A stretch of DNA of 64,000 bases from Basidiobolus meristosporus CBS 931.73 (GCA_002104905.1 MCFE01000135.1:93865-157864), one strand, 5' to 3'. Positions 27,102-40,432 are shown, counted from the stretch's first letter. Made by a program: numbers and translations. The notes: generated by a model not told the origin, from the sequence alone.

Positions 27102-27938
27102 CTAAATCCGCTCTGGGAATCGTTCTGAAAACGGGGCCAACTGACGACCGTCAACATCAGTGAAATTAAACATGCGCGCGATCTCGCCCACCTCCCACAT
27201 CTTTCCACCCAGGTCGGCGTTAGACTCATTGGAAGCCAACGCCACCACCGCACGCCCAACGTAGTTTACCGTCTCGATGTCCTTGTGTTCTTCTTCGGGA
27301 ACGTTGGCATCCACCATACGCTCCGTCATCATCCAGCCAGGGGACAATGCCAAGGCAGTGATATTGTGTTTGGAGAGATCGGAGTTCATGCCGAACGATA
27401 TCCTGGTGAGGGAAGACTTCACCACGTCGTAGTATAAATTTCCGTTGTACTTTTCCTTCATCGGAGAGCTGATGTTGATGATTAGGCCCTTTTTCCGGGG
27501 TACCATCAGTGCAGCAGCCAAACTGGCCGCCACTATGTTCGACCTTACTCCTACTCTAGACATGGTATCCCAATGCTCGATATGTAACTCCCAGAACGGG
27601 CTGGTTTTCACCTCCGTTTCATAGCCTCCCCAGGCGTTGTTCACCAGTAGATCCAACTTTCCGTAGTCTGCAGCGATCTTGTCAAATACCGCCTTCACCT
27701 GTCCGTCGTCCCCATGGTCACATATCACTGCTATGCCCTTGCCACCCAGAGCAGTCACCCTTTCCGCAGTTTGCTCGACAGTTTCTGCGCGCCCTTGGGT
27801 GGTTGTTCCCGTGCTGCTGCTCCTTCCGGTAACATAAACAGTGCAGCCTGCCTCTCCAAGACATAAAGCAATTCCTTTGCCAGCGCCTCTGGACGCCCCA
27901 GTCACCAGCGCAACCACACCAGCCAAGCTCTTCGACAT
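27102..27938 (-). CDS. Short-chain dehydrogenase/reductase, DHRS1-like, 278 aa, intronless
   Basis: TGASRGAG cofactor motif, LDLLVNNA, catalytic YDVVK. TATA-like (TA)n at about 27963-27972. Confidence 0.88.
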   Translation of the reverse strand: MSKSLAGVVALVTGASRGAGKGIALCLGEAGCTVYVTGRSSSTGTTTQGRAETVEQTAERVTALGGKGIAVICDHGDDGQVKAVFDKIAADYGKLDLLVNNAWGGYETEVKTSPFWELHIEHWDTMSRVGVRSNIVAASLAAALMVPRKKGLIINISSPMKEKYNGNLYYDVVKSSLTRISFGMNSDLSKHNITALALSPGWMMTERMVDANVPEEEHKDIETVNYVGRAVVALASNESNADLGGKMWEVGEIARMFNFTDVDGRQLAPFSERFPERI

Positions 27939-28146
27939 GTCCAGGAGGACAGCATTGCGGGCATATATATATAACGGCTGGTTACGTAATTGGTACAAAT
28001 CCAATAGAAAAAAAAAAGAAATCAACGGACCCGAGTTCCATCTCCACTCCCCGATGGTGGTGGAGGAAATTTTTTTTCTCGCACAGAACAATAAATTAAT
28101 ACGATTGTTCCAGCTGTTATTCTCCCTCTCAACATCCTCGACTACC

Positions 28147-29431
28147 ATGGTAAGTAACATTTCCTGTGATGCATCGGAGGGTGCGTCTCTCATCCATCGA
28201 TGGATGAAGGTGCCCCCTCCTTGGAGTAGCGACCATTGTGCTCATCCAATCCTTCTCTTTCCAGTCTCACCGTAAGTACGAGGCTCCCCGCCACGGTTCT
28301 TTGGGTTTCCTTCCCCGTAAGCGTGCCAGAAGACATAGAGGAAGAGTCAAGTCCTTCCCTAAGGATGATGCTTCCAAGCCTGTCCACATGACTGCCTTCT
28401 TGGGTTACAAGGCTGGTATGACCCACATCGTTCGCGACTTGGATCGTCCTGGTTCCAAGAACCACAAGAAGGAGATCGTCGAACCCGTTACCATCATCGA
28501 GGCTCCTGCCATGGTCGTCGTTGGTGTTGTTGGTTACGTCGAGACTCCCCGTGGTCTCCGCTCCTTGACTACCGTCTGGGCTGAACACTTGTCCGACGAA
28601 GTTAAGCGCAGATTCTACAAGAACTGGTACCGCTCCAAGAAGAAGGCTTTCACCAAGTATGCCAAGAAGCACGCTGATGGTGCCAAGCCCATCCTTCGTG
28701 AATTGGAACGTATCAAGAAGTACTGTACCGTTGTCCGTGTCCTTGCCCACACCCAAGTCCGCAAGGTCAAGATTGGACAAAAGAAGGCCCACATTGCCGA
28801 AATCCAACTTAACGGTGGCTCCGTCGCCCAAAAGGTTGAATGGGCTCAAGAGCACTTCGAGAAGACCGTCGATGTCAGCTCTGTCTTCGAACAAGACGAG
28901 ATGATCGATGTCATCGGTGTTACCAAGGGTAAGGGTTTCGAAGGTGTCACCCACCGTTGGGGAACCAAGAAGCTTCCTCGTAAGACTCACAAGGGTCTCC
29001 GCAAGGTTGCTTGTATTGGTGCCTGGCATCCTTCCCGTGTCATGTACTCTGTTCCTCGTGCTGGTCAAAATGGTTTCCACCACCGTACTGAGGTCAACAA
29101 GAAGATCTACCGCATTGCCCGTGGTGAAGACAAGAGCTCCGCCTCTACTGAGTATGATCTTACTGCTAAGAGCATCACTCCTATGGGTGGCTTCCCTCAC
29201 TACGGTAACGTCAATGAGGACTTCATCATGATCAAGGGTTGTTGCATTGGTGTCAAGAAGAGAGTTTTGACTCTTCGCAAGTCTCTTTTGGTCCACACCA
29301 AGAGATCTGCCCTCGAGAAGGTCTCCCTCAAGTTCATCGATACTTCCTCCAAGTTCGGACACGGTCGCTTCCAAACCGCCGACGAGAAGAAGGCTTTCTT
29401 GGGTACCCTCAAGAAGGATCTCTCCGCTTAA
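28147..29431 (+). CDS. RPL3: 60S ribosomal protein L3 (uL3), 389 aa; intron 28150-28264 directly after ATG
   Basis: ATG/GTAAGT..TTCCAG/TCT CAC CGT AAG gives [21 protein letters not shown]; also [17 protein letters not shown]. Confidence 0.99.
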
Positions 29432-29492
29432 ATATTATAGAACCACAACCCTGGTTTTTATTAATAAACTTTGTTACCAAACTCGTGTGTGT

Positions 29493-30303
29493 TCATCGAA
29501 ACTGCCGAAGGTTTTGACCTAGAAACCATTTACGAATGATGGGGCTCCCCCCGATGACCGGGTGTAGGAGGATGTAAGCCATGAAGTATTCCAAGCCTTT
29601 CCTACGGCCTTCAATGAATTCAGGTTTGAATCGGCCAACCGCCTTCTTCTTGGGTAGCATGGGGATCCCTTTCCTGTACGGTCTGAAGTGTTTCGTTATT
29701 AACCGCCGCAGCATTACAAATTCCGAATAGCGCTTTTGGATGGTGATACTGCCCCCACGAGGGGTTTTCGCTATGCATGTGTACACGGTATATGACCCAA
29801 CTCCTTGACCTATTCTTGTTGGATTGGTAACGGATACGTCTTCGGCAAACACCTCAGAATGGTGAGGATTTTCGGTTTCTAGAAAGGGGTCGACCGAGGA
29901 AAGCTCCGGGGCAGAACATTCGCTCTGAAATATTCGTTAATCCAGTATTGTACGAGGCATGTATCCATATATATGTTATATTGCTACTCACTGTATCATC
30001 ATCCATCACGAAGTCCTGGTGCATCGTGTTGCTGGTATCAATGTCGCTCAGCGCACCATCGTTCTCCTCGTCGCTATCTTTGCCCCGAGAGACGGATAGG
30101 AGATCGGCCAACTTCTTGCCTAGTGCGATGTTTATTTTATGGATGACGGAGATGTCTTTGGTAAGCGGGTCTGGGAAATCCTCCTCGTTTTCGCTGCAAG
30201 TGTTCGATGCTGTGTAGAAATCGAAATCGGTCAGGCTATCGGTAACACTGGACGGGAGGTTCGGTAGCTGACTTTTGACAGCTGGTATGTAGTAAGGACC
30301 CAT
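29493..30303 (-). CDS. PX-domain protein, Ypt35-like; start uncertain; one intron near 29990-29927
   Basis: YTVYTCIAK...ITIQKRYSEFVMLR...IPMLPKKKAVGRFKPEFIEGRRKGLEYFMAYILLHP is a typical PX domain. GTGAGT..TTTCAG intron joins the two ORFs in frame. Confidence 0.75.
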
Positions 30304-30359
30304 TAGAGCTTGGTGTAATACTACTGGCACGTATGCGTAGTAAACAGTCACCTTCGATC

Positions 30360-30775
30360 GCTTTATTTAGTGTTTGCTCTAACACCGGTATGGTCGATTC
30401 AGCTTCAGCTGCGTACTTTGCTGTATATTCTGGGCCGTCTAATTTGGAATACATCACCCTCAGAGTCTTTATATCTCCGCATATTTGCTTGCGGATTTCT
30501 AGTACTTAGAGCCAGGTAAATCAGGGGAACAACCTCGAAAAGGTAGCTTCACAAAAGGCCGATGTACCTTGAAGGCAGTAGGATAAATCACTTATATCAG
30601 CGTTTATTAAACAATCCGAATCACAGCCTTCGCCAGTACGCGACTTGGTGAGATGCTCAAGTGAACGTTTGCGTATCAGTTCATCGGAAGCTTTATGAAG
30701 CAACTCTGTGGACGAAGCGTTTATTTCAAGAACGGGCGGTACACTGGGGTCGTGAATAACGCTTACCATTGACAT
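30360..30775 (-). CDS. Hypothetical coding exons, possibly a separate small gene or 5' exons of the PX gene
   Basis: Two short protein-like frames (MSMVSVIHDP..., ...MYSKLDGPEY...). I could not find a consistent splice pattern. Confidence 0.25.
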
Positions 30776-31379
30776 GACACGAAATATCAATGAACTCTTG
30801 AACGTTCAAGCACAATCTACTGGGCATTAGAACAATGTAGAGACAGTAAGAGTTATGTAAACGTAATAGATAAATAGTATAAGATATTTGACTGTATTAA
30901 CTAACCCGAGTCTATGATTCAATGGACCATTATAGGCTATTACTTATCGCAATTGATTGGATATAAGCTTTGAGTATTCGAATTGTCACATAGCGCGCAC
31001 AAGGGGGTGGGTAACGAGTGTAATAAAGACTAATGAAGCATTGATGTAATTCCCATATGGTAGAATTCCATGATCAACTTCCATATGCCCATTTGATGCA
31101 CAGTGTCACTTTTCCTGGATAACGATATGGAGCCTGGTTTGTCTGGTTTGTAAACTGCAGGTTTGCAATGCTTGGGAATGGATTAATTCGAAGCAGATCA
31201 CAGATCTACAAGTGCCATTACCAGAGATCTGGCCTTGGCCTTGTGTGGCTTCGTTAATGTTGGCTTTTGCGTGACAATTAGCCTGATTCTAGATCAGCTG
31301 CTTTCTAATGACGAACATACCGTGCTATAAAAGCAGTAGAGCTCTCGTCGAAATCATCATATCTATTGCTCAATAAACC

Positions 31380-31672
31380 ATGTCTCGTACGAAGCTTCAC
31401 AATTCCGCAGCCGCTCTTCATGGAGAACGCCACTTCAACAGGTATGTGCCGGCCGTCTTTCTTCAGTCGAGTAATTGCTCATTCCTATTAGATCAGGATA
31501 CCAGGATCCAAGGGGCCTGCCCAAGAAAGAGGGTGCAGGTGGGTTCAACTGGGGACGTCCAATAGACGAATTGGAGGCCATCAAGGAAGTCTGCATGCCA
31601 CTGGCAACAAGGCGAGACAGCAAAATCAACATTGTCGACCCGTCCTTATTTGAGAGTATCCATGGCCGCTAG
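31380..31672 (+). CDS. Small STF2/HABP4-like protein, ~80 aa; intron 31442-31491
   Basis: Spliced product ...HFNRSGYQDPRGLPKKEGAGGFNWGRPIDELE... matches the PKKxGxGxxNWG family motif. Confidence 0.7.
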
Positions 31673-31806
31673 ATTCTTGTATATTTCTACTGTTAATACC
31701 CAGCATTTATGTCGTTCATTTTAAACCATCATCAGTTCTGAATAAATCATGACTAATCATCAGCGAGTGGCTATATATTGCAGCTCAATATTCCTTGCTA
31801 CGACCC

Positions 31807-32681
31807 ATGGGCTCTACCACTATGTCAGAGAAGGCTCTAGAGTTTTTTGATGTACACTCCCACATTCATGATGACCCTGAGCTACTGGAGCTGGGAAAGG
31901 TAAAAACCAAGTGGAATTGCCCTATGGGAACGAGTCCCGAGGATTGGGAGACCATTCCATCAGGTGGCCACGGAAAACCCCGACCGGGTCATTCCAGGGT
32001 TCGGAGTTCATCCGTGGTATGCGGAAGGAATGAAGGAGTCTGACCTTTGGGAGGAGAAGTTAAAGCAATACCTTGAAAAACATGAAAACGCCGTACTGGG
32101 AGAGATCGGTAAAGCCAAAGTGAAACCGCGTTTGCCGACACGCTTGTTGCTTAAATATCTCCTATATCCTCATAGGCCTCGACAAAATAGCCACCGATCC
32201 CAAAACGGGGGAGCGTTACCATCTCCCAACTCAACTGGAGATATTCCAAAGACAGTTTGCGTTGGCAGCAAGCTTGAACCGCGTTGTGTCCGTCCACTGT
32301 GTGCAGTCCCACGGCCATTTGCTTGATTGCTTTCGACAACTGAAGCCTGAGGAATTTCCACCCAAGATAATGCTCCATTCCTATTCAGGCTCGCACGAGA
32401 TAGCCAAAGCGTTCCTCAAGCTCCCGAAGAAGGTTGGGGCGCGGTTTTATTTCAGCTTCTCAAAGCTGGTCAATTCGAAAACCAAGAAACTTGTTGATAG
32501 CCTTCAGGTCATCCCGAGAAACAGAGTGCTCCTCGAGTCGGACGCACACGAGTCGCTGAAGGTAGACGGCGTGATGGAAGAAATATGTAACATCATAGGG
32601 GATATCTGGGGCTGTGAAGGTGCGGAGGTGGCAGAAATTACCTATAAAAATTCAAAGGAATTCTTTAGCCTCCCCGAATAG
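31807..32681 (+). CDS. TatD-family nuclease/amidohydrolase; one intron; apparent 1-nt insertion near 31955
   Basis: DVHSH, FGVHPWY, AVLGEIGLDK (across the intron), VSVHCV, IMLHSYSGS, RVLLESD. Confidence 0.85.
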
Positions 32682-33173
32682 ACTAACCCCTCGAGGCTAA
32701 CCATGCATCGTTGTTCATGTAAATTGCATAGCACGAATGTGTCTTAGGGAACAAAGAGCGGGCTTGGCTATATGCAACAGGTAGCTCTTCAATCAATCGA
32801 GTTTACTTGGATGCATATCGTGATCAGAATGTCAATATTTGGTTTTTTGTGGCACATTTGTCAATAAATCTAAATTAGATCAATGAATATTCCTCACTGA
32901 TAAAATTCCGGCCTACATTGGTGCCTATGCTCGAAATATGCTCGTTCGGCCATCGATTCCAGAAGAAACACGTCAATTTATTTTATTGTAGAGCGAACTC
33001 GGAGGTTCCCTTCACAAATATTTGCCTCAAGGTTCCCGAAAAGCCCAACCCAACTTGTCTTTTCTTACTCCTAAACTCTCGCTCTCTCAACAAACAGGTG
33101 ATTTGCATCCTTTCTTTCCAACCCGAACTGCCTTTTTTTAACCATCTCTCTCGACAGCGCTTGCGTTTGCACC

Positions 33174-35061
33174 ATGTCTCGCTTCATCCAGGCTTCAAAA
33201 TTCCGCCACGTCTACGGATCCACCGCGAAGCGCGATGATTGCTACGATAACTTGAGAATCTCCATGAGCGCTTGGGATACCAACCTCGTCAAGGTCAATC
33301 CTGTAAGTATGCTTCATCTGAAGCGCCTGAGCCTTCTTACGAGGATACCGAAAATAACTGGATATTTCTCTTAGCGCTTCCTTTCGGTTAACTGGAATGC
33401 CGGTGGTGGTGGTGCTTTCGCCATCATCCCTCTCGAGGCGATTGGTATTTTGCTTGCAAATGCGTGCGCTGATATAGAACCTTGTGAACTCATCGATGTG
33501 TAATACCAGGTAAAATGAGCCCCAACCCATTCCTCTACTGTGGCCACGCCGCCCCTGTCCTTGACACCGACTTTGCCAACTTCAACGATTATGTTGTGGC
33601 TTCCGCTGGTGAAGATGGCAAGGTGATGGTCTGGAACATTCCTGAGGAGCCTCTGGAAGACAACGTCACCACCCCCGCCCTCACCCTTTCGGGTCATGGA
33701 AGGTAGAACTCAACGTCAAAACTGACATATGCATGACTGGCCTCCTAACGAAATGCCCGAAATTCAACAGGAAGGTCGGACAAGTGCTTTTCCATCCCAC
33801 CGCAGACAATGTGTTGGCAAGTTCCAGTGCCGATTTGACTGTCAGGCTCTGGGATATTGAAAAGGGAGTCGAAAAACAACAGTTGACAGGCCACATGGAA
33901 ATCATCCAATCTATGGACTGGAACTGGAACGGAAGCCTCCTTGTCACCACTTGCAAGGACAAGAAGATCCGAGTCTTCGATGTCAGAGCAAACCAAGTTG
34001 TCCAGGAGGGCAACGGCCACCAAGGAATCAAGGGATCCCGTGTTGTGTGGCTTGGTAACGAAGATAGACTGGCCACCACCGGTTTCTCGAGAACCAGTGA
34101 TCGTCAGGTTTGCATCTGGGATGCCACGAACCTTAGCGCACCACTCAAGCAAGAATCTATTGACTTCTCGTCTGGAGTGCTGATGCCATACTACGACGCC
34201 GATACCCGTATGCTCTATCTCGCGGGCAAGGTAATGGCCCACATTGCAACCGCTTCCATCGATAGCTGGCTAACCATCCCATCATTTAGGGGTAAATAAG
34301 CAATCGATCTCATGGCGGAGTCACCATAGCATCTAACCAATTTTGTCATATCTGCAGTGATGGTAACATTCGTTACTATGAATTCGCCAATGATAGTCTT
34401 AGATACCTGGCTGAATACAAATCCACCGATCCACAACGCGGTATTGCCTACATGCCCAAGCGCTCGCTAAATGTTAGTGATTGCGAGGTGGCACGTGCCT
34501 ACAAGGTTTGCCGGGACTCCATCGAGCCAGTCTCGTTCATCGCTCCGCGTAAGGTAATCAGAGCATCGGTTTTGTTCAGTGAATCACGGACCGTTTACGA
34601 ACCTGAACTAGGCTGAAGGATTCCAAGAGGACATCTTCCCACCAACCCGCAGCGACGAGCCCGCCATGACCGCAGACGAGTTCTTCTCTGGCCAAAACGC
34701 CGACCCCAAGCTCATCAGCCTCGAGAGCGGGTTCGTTGCCAAGACGAAGAAGAACTTCGTGTCCTCTGCCCCACAACAAGAGCCCGAGGAGGTGCTTAAC
34801 CCCACAAATGAGAAAGAGGTACACCAAGCCCAATGATCCAAGTCCCCTCAGTCTCGACTCACTCAGTTTATTTCAATCTAGTACCAAGAGGCCTATCACA
34901 AACTCCGTCAAGAGAACGAGAACTTGAAGAACCAGGTGTCACAGAGGGACATCAAGATCCGCCAATTGGAAACCCAGCTCTCACAATACACCAGCCAGCG
35001 GAATTCAGCCCAGAACTCGGGCACCTCTACTCCACTTGAGGCTGAAATAAACGGCAACTAA
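33174..35061 (+). CDS. CRN1: Coronin (WD40 + C-terminal coiled coil), multi-exon
   Basis: MSRFIQASKFRHVYG, WNAGGGGAFAIIPL, GHAAPVLDTDF, RKVGQVLFHPTADNVLAS, SSGVLMPYYDADT, FQEDIFPP. Confidence 0.93.
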
Positions 35062-35435
35062 GGACCGTTCTCCGCAACCATTCTTCCCGTTCACTTCAAC
35101 CCACCTTGTTCAACCCGCACATCGAACGAATCTCTTAAAAACCAAAAGAATAAACCTATAGCTCATACAGTATGCATACGTTGTGTATGGTCGGTGTTTG
35201 TAGGGGATGCCAAGGCTGGCCGATAAATATCGGAGATAGCTCCACAAACCCGATAATTTGTTTGGATCAGGGGAATATCGGCGGTTTTTTTCCGATTCCC
35301 GATCATTTCGTTAGTCGCCAGTCGATGCCTAAACCGATCTTACGTGAGGTTGGGTTTCCTTTAGAAATCGAATTTTCTCTCCACCACCACCCTTTCATCC
35401 ACCACGCCTATTACCAGGGTGAGCTTCGCGTCAAG

Positions 35436-36519
35436 ATGGACAGAATCGATATGAGTTTAGATGACATAATCAAACAGGACAAAGTTCCTAAGAAACAGGG
35501 GAATCCCAACAGTAGGGCAGGCAGTCAAAAGAACAGCAGAGGTGGTGGCGCAATCCGAAGCCACCAGGCTGGAAGACAAGCTACCAAAGCGTCCACCAGA
35601 CCTTACACGGTAAAGGGCAAGAGTTTTATTGAAACATGGCCGACGAACCAAAGCAAGTGCTTGAGACTTACCCCACTTCACGTATCTTTCTCTTACAGAA
35701 GAAAACTCGTGGCGACACAAATGTGCCTTGGAAACACGATCTCTTCACCAAAGCCAACCCAGAGACCAAGAGTAAGCCCGTGGTGAGCCGCAATGCGAAT
35801 GTCAGTAGAAGTGTCGCACTAGCAACCAGCGCCGCTGTTCGTTCGGTTCAACTTGGCGGAAAGAGCGGAAAGGGGGACAGCTCGATCAAGATCAAAGGAG
35901 TAACCAGCACACCTCAGCAGATCTCCATCAGAGGTGAGGCGGGGCCTGCCACCATACTCATAAGCAACCTGGACAGAGGAGCTTCAGCACAGGACATTCA
36001 AGTAAAAACCCTCCGCTCGAGTTCCTTCGTCAACGACCGACTCACGCCTCTCGTGTCCATGTAGGCTATCTTCTCGCAGTTTGGAGAGATTCGGAAATGC
36101 ACTTTATTATATGACCAAAACAGCCGGCCAACCGGAAACGCGGAGATTATATACAGCCTTAAAGCATCCGCGCAAAAAGCCATCAACAAGCTCAACAACG
36201 TAATAGCCGATGGTAAGTTTGAACCCACAGCCGCGCCCACTTGGAACTGTACTAAGAGGTTCATCTGCAGGCCGCACTCTCAGCATCATTCTGAAGGACA
36301 CCGGCTCGAAGGGAGCGGCGAGCTACCGTCTTGGGAACCAAAAACAACAATCGGCCGCATCAGGGTAGGTTCATCGCGAACAGGCCAGCTCGATCGCAAC
36401 CTAACAATGTTCGTTGATTGCGTAGGTCAGGCAAATTGTATTCCGATCGCCTGCCAGCCAAATCCAACAACGGCGGCAAGAAGGCCGGCCGTCAGCCATC
36501 CTTCAGCGTTCGAATGTAG
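35436..36519 (+). CDS. RRM-domain protein, Yra1/ALYREF-like, multi-exon
   Basis: N-terminal IDMSLDDII box; RRM ILISNLDRGASAQDI...FSQFGEI...AEIIY...AINKLNNVIADG; C-terminal GKLYSD...PSFSVRM. Confidence 0.75.
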
Positions 36520-36961
36520 GCGCGTTGAGAAGAGAATATCTTAGAACTGTTCCATAATAAACCCCCCTGACCATGACAACAGTTTTCGTCTCCGTTGTAT
36601 TGTCCCTCTGATCTCTCCCTAAATCTCCCTTGCTTTCCCTTTGCTCGCCGACCAAGTAAAAAAATTCAGTGTCCAATGAAATCCGCAACTGCTGGAATAG
36701 TGGGACTAAATGCACATTAAGGTCCAATGTAACTTGACTAAGTGCTGGATTGGTTGCGCATAAATCATTGTCAGGATTCGGGCTCCTTTCGAGAGATAGG
36801 TGAGGATATGAGCTCCTATTTTGTTCACCTCGGCAAGGCTAGAATTAAATGATTTCCATAAGATTCAATTACTGGGGATACTTAACCTCCCTCGAGTGGG
36901 CGTTCGCCAGCTTATACCTTTCTTCCACACAGTGACCCTACCTCCCCTCATCCAACAGAAT

Positions 36962-37981
36962 ATGTCCGAAAGCGCTTGCCAAAAGGTTTGCTTGGTTATC
37001 GGGGGTGAAGGCTTCGTCGGCAAGGACCTGGTCAACCAGCTGATGGAACGTCAATGGAAAGTCAAGATTTTCGATATTGTCAAAACCACCGACCACAAAG
37101 AGGCGGAGTACTTTGTTGGCGACCTGTGCAGCGAAGCCGATTTAGCCAAGGCTTGTGAAGGCTGCTCGGTTGTGTTCCACACCGCTACCCCACCTATCGG
37201 TGGCTCGGTTGAGCTCTCGGAAAAAGTGAACGTACACGGTACTGAAAACGTAATTAGAGTGTGCAAGAAAATGAACGTCCAGAAGCTGGTCTTCACCAGC
37301 ACCGCTAGTGTCATCTTTGACGGCAGCAACATTGTGAATGCCGACGAGACCGTTCCCTATGTCCAGTCTGCCTTTGACCCTTACATGGTAACCAAAGCGA
37401 AGGCTGAAAAGATGATTCTGGCCGCCAATGGCCAAGATGGACTATTGACGGTTGCCATCAGACCCTCAGGTGTTTACGGGCCGGGCGACAAACTGATGAT
37501 TCCTTCATATATCGCATACGCCAAGAAGAAGGTCAAGGTCATCATTGGCGATAACTCAAACATCGCCGACTACACATATGTCGGAAATATCTCCCATTCA
37601 CTCATTCTGGCCGCTGAAAAGCTGGAGGAGGGCAGCCCAGTGGCAGGACAAGCATTCAATATCACCGACGGGAATCCCATACCCTTCTGGACCTTCCCCT
37701 TCTACGTTGCCTCTCTGATGGGTGAGCCTACCGATAAGAGAATCATGCTCCCCAAGGGCTTCGGTTGGTCAGTGGGTCTGTTCTGTGAAGCAGTGACACT
37801 GGCCCTGAAGCCATTTGTCAAGGTAAACATGGTCTTGGACCGATTCCGCGTGAACTTCACATGCATTCACCGATTCTACGATATCACAAAAGCAAGAACT
37901 CTGCTCGGTTACGAGCCAATCTTTTCCTTCGAGGAAGGAGTCAAGCTTTCCCTTCAGAGTCACGGAATCAAAATTGACTAG
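36962..37981 (+). CDS. ERG26: Sterol-4-alpha-carboxylate 3-dehydrogenase (ERG26/NSDHL-like), 339 aa
   Basis: VIGGEGFVG, VFTSTASV, YMVTKAKAE (YxxxK), IRPSGVYGPGD, AGQAFNITDG. Confidence 0.85.
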   Translation: MSESACQKVCLVIGGEGFVGKDLVNQLMERQWKVKIFDIVKTTDHKEAEYFVGDLCSEADLAKACEGCSVVFHTATPPIGGSVELSEKVNVHGTENVIRVCKKMNVQKLVFTSTASVIFDGSNIVNADETVPYVQSAFDPYMVTKAKAEKMILAANGQDGLLTVAIRPSGVYGPGDKLMIPSYIAYAKKKVKVIIGDNSNIADYTYVGNISHSLILAAEKLEEGSPVAGQAFNITDGNPIPFWTFPFYVASLMGEPTDKRIMLPKGFGWSVGLFCEAVTLALKPFVKVNMVLDRFRVNFTCIHRFYDITKARTLLGYEPIFSFEEGVKLSLQSHGIKID

Positions 37982-38116
37982 ATTCGACCATAGATATCGT
38001 CAGTTTACGAGCCACCAATAAAACTGGGTCCATAGAAACACATCTGTTGCTCAATGATTAGGGATTTATTTCTACATGTGTGAAGATCTATTGTAACTAG
38101 TGGAGAAGACCAAGGG

Positions 38117-39752
38117 TCAGGCGCGTACACAACGTCTGACATTGTCGATGATCTCATTCTCCTCTTTGGGATTAAACAAAAACGAGGCGTGATCGAAGCC
38201 CGCGAATAGTCTGCAATGTACATTGGTGTCGGCCAGGTATTTCTCAACCGCCCGAGAGGGTATCAAGAGGTCGTTCTCCGAAAGGTAGACCGACATCTTC
38301 TTGGGAAGATTGGCACGATCGGTAAGCAGGACGGAGTTGAACCAAATAAAGTATCTACTAATAAAGTTGCTTATGAACAACTCCTTGGATGCGTAGTAGT
38401 GCAAGAAGTACTCTCTGGCCGTCTTCGGCACGCGGTACACAAAATTGTATGCCACCGAAGGGTTGAAAAGCAAAAAGCAAATGGGATCAATGAAGATGGC
38501 GCTCTTGACGCGCTTGAGGTGGTTATTCACCATCCAAGAGACCACCATGGAGCCGAGAGAATGGCCGATGAAGCATGCGTTCCGGAAGCCGTGGGCCTCC
38601 AGCATGTTTTCCACCTCCCGGCCAAGCTCCTCCATTGACGGCGCTTCTTCGATGAATCTCATGCTGACATATGGAAGCTCCACCAGAAATATGGGTTGAC
38701 CCAGCTTGAGCAATTTCCAAATGAACATGAGATAGCATCCGATTCCCGGGCCGATTCCATGCACAAAAACGATCGGCTTCATTTTTGCGCTCCGTCTTTT
38801 TCCACCCGAGCCAAACCATGATTTGGTAGGATCGTAGTACCAATAGGGTAGGGCGTACTTTTTGGCCCCAATCTCCTCCTTCAAATCGAACTCCATGGAT
38901 TCTGACCAGAAGCTAGCCTTCTTGCTTTGGTCCTTAGTGTAGTTGCGGAAGCCGAGGCATGTAATCAAAAGTTTCGCCGAGAAATCCAGCGCTAGAATGA
39001 CCTGAGGTTTGCCGAGTAAGCAATTGAACGATAGATGGTATAATATATACGGTGTGGCCAAGGTACTTACAGTGTAGAATATCAAGGGGCGGTGAAGGGC
39101 GTTGACTGGGTCTAGATTCAATCGAATGCATTTCGCATCCGGATTAAATCCATCGGGTAGTTTGATTCCTTTTTCCGTCTCAAACAAGTCAACCATTGCG
39201 TTGAGTTCCTCCATCGCCTCTGCATCATCAACCAAGTCCTCATGGGAGGTGGTGAAGAACACCCAGCTTAACCTATGAGAAGATCACGAGGCGGGGTAAG
39301 TATCATCTTCAGGGAAGGGGAGTCGAATGCCTCGAAGCCTACCATGATATTAAGTTTCCCCTGTAAATGTCGGCTACTTTGGTTTTGCGGTGGCCGACGT
39401 CGAACCAACCTTCTAGAAACGCATTGATGTCGTCGACCTGCTTTAAACAGCTTTCCAGCAGCTCCATGCGCTTCCCCTTGGGCAGGCTGGTGGATGGCCT
39501 CAGCTTTTGAAGTCTGTTGCGTGTGGAAAGGAACCAAATGTAAAACAGGATTTCAAAGGCGAACCACCAATGTATCAAGTCCACAACACGGCCTTGGACG
39601 CCTGGCAAGAATGGTAGCTCTAGGGGGGGACTTATGTTGCCAACAACGTGTAAACAGTATCCGAAGTAGATGAAAGAAGCTATGGTAACACTTGATAACG
39701 CTATTACTGAGAGTCGCACTAGCGACCGCATAAGGAAGGAGTCGGGTAACAT
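38117..39752 (-). CDS. Alpha/beta-hydrolase fold protein with N-terminal membrane segments, multi-exon
   Basis: IVFVHGIG, nucleophile elbow GHSLG, IFIDPICFLL, SENDLLIP, DHASFL. Confidence 0.8.
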
Positions 39753-40432
39753 GATTAGGGTTAATAAATTATAGAGAAGAGAAACGGTACAAGAAAGGCT
39801 TATGTAGAGCTAAAGACGATCTAGAAGCCGGGATTATCGATGATTAACAGAGGGAAGGTGCGTATATGCACGTCGCAGTAGGAGAAACAATAATTGAGTA
39901 GAATGCAAAGAACAATGTGAGTTGAAGCTGTCGATGGTGTGCCAGCTAATATAAACTTCCACCGGACTGAATCGTTCTCTATTTATAAGCCAGAAAAATG
40001 GACAAAAATTTCATTTTCCATTTTTGGAATCTTGCAGGGTTTCCCTCATGTTCCATCTATGCCAGTAAACAGCAATCCAGCCAATGTAGAAATAAGTTGG
40101 CTGATTACCAAACATAATTATTTTCGAGGAGAAGTTCCGGTCACAGGAACTAATAATAAACACAACATTAATTTTTCGGTTGAATTAGCCTCCGCATATC
40201 GCTATCACATGTTAATTCGAGGTTTGTCTAACAATGTGGTCCGATATGGGTGTCGGTCCGACCATTTCGGTTTAGTTGAGCTCCATTTGCCGCATAGTTA
40301 CTTAATAATCATTATCACTGATTCCGTCATGATTGAGGGATAACGATTTATCACGTAGATCAGGATGGTTGATTAATGTGCAGTTAAAATACTCCCGAAT
40401 TCTAATGGGAATTGCTTTCTCTTAATGAAGCG

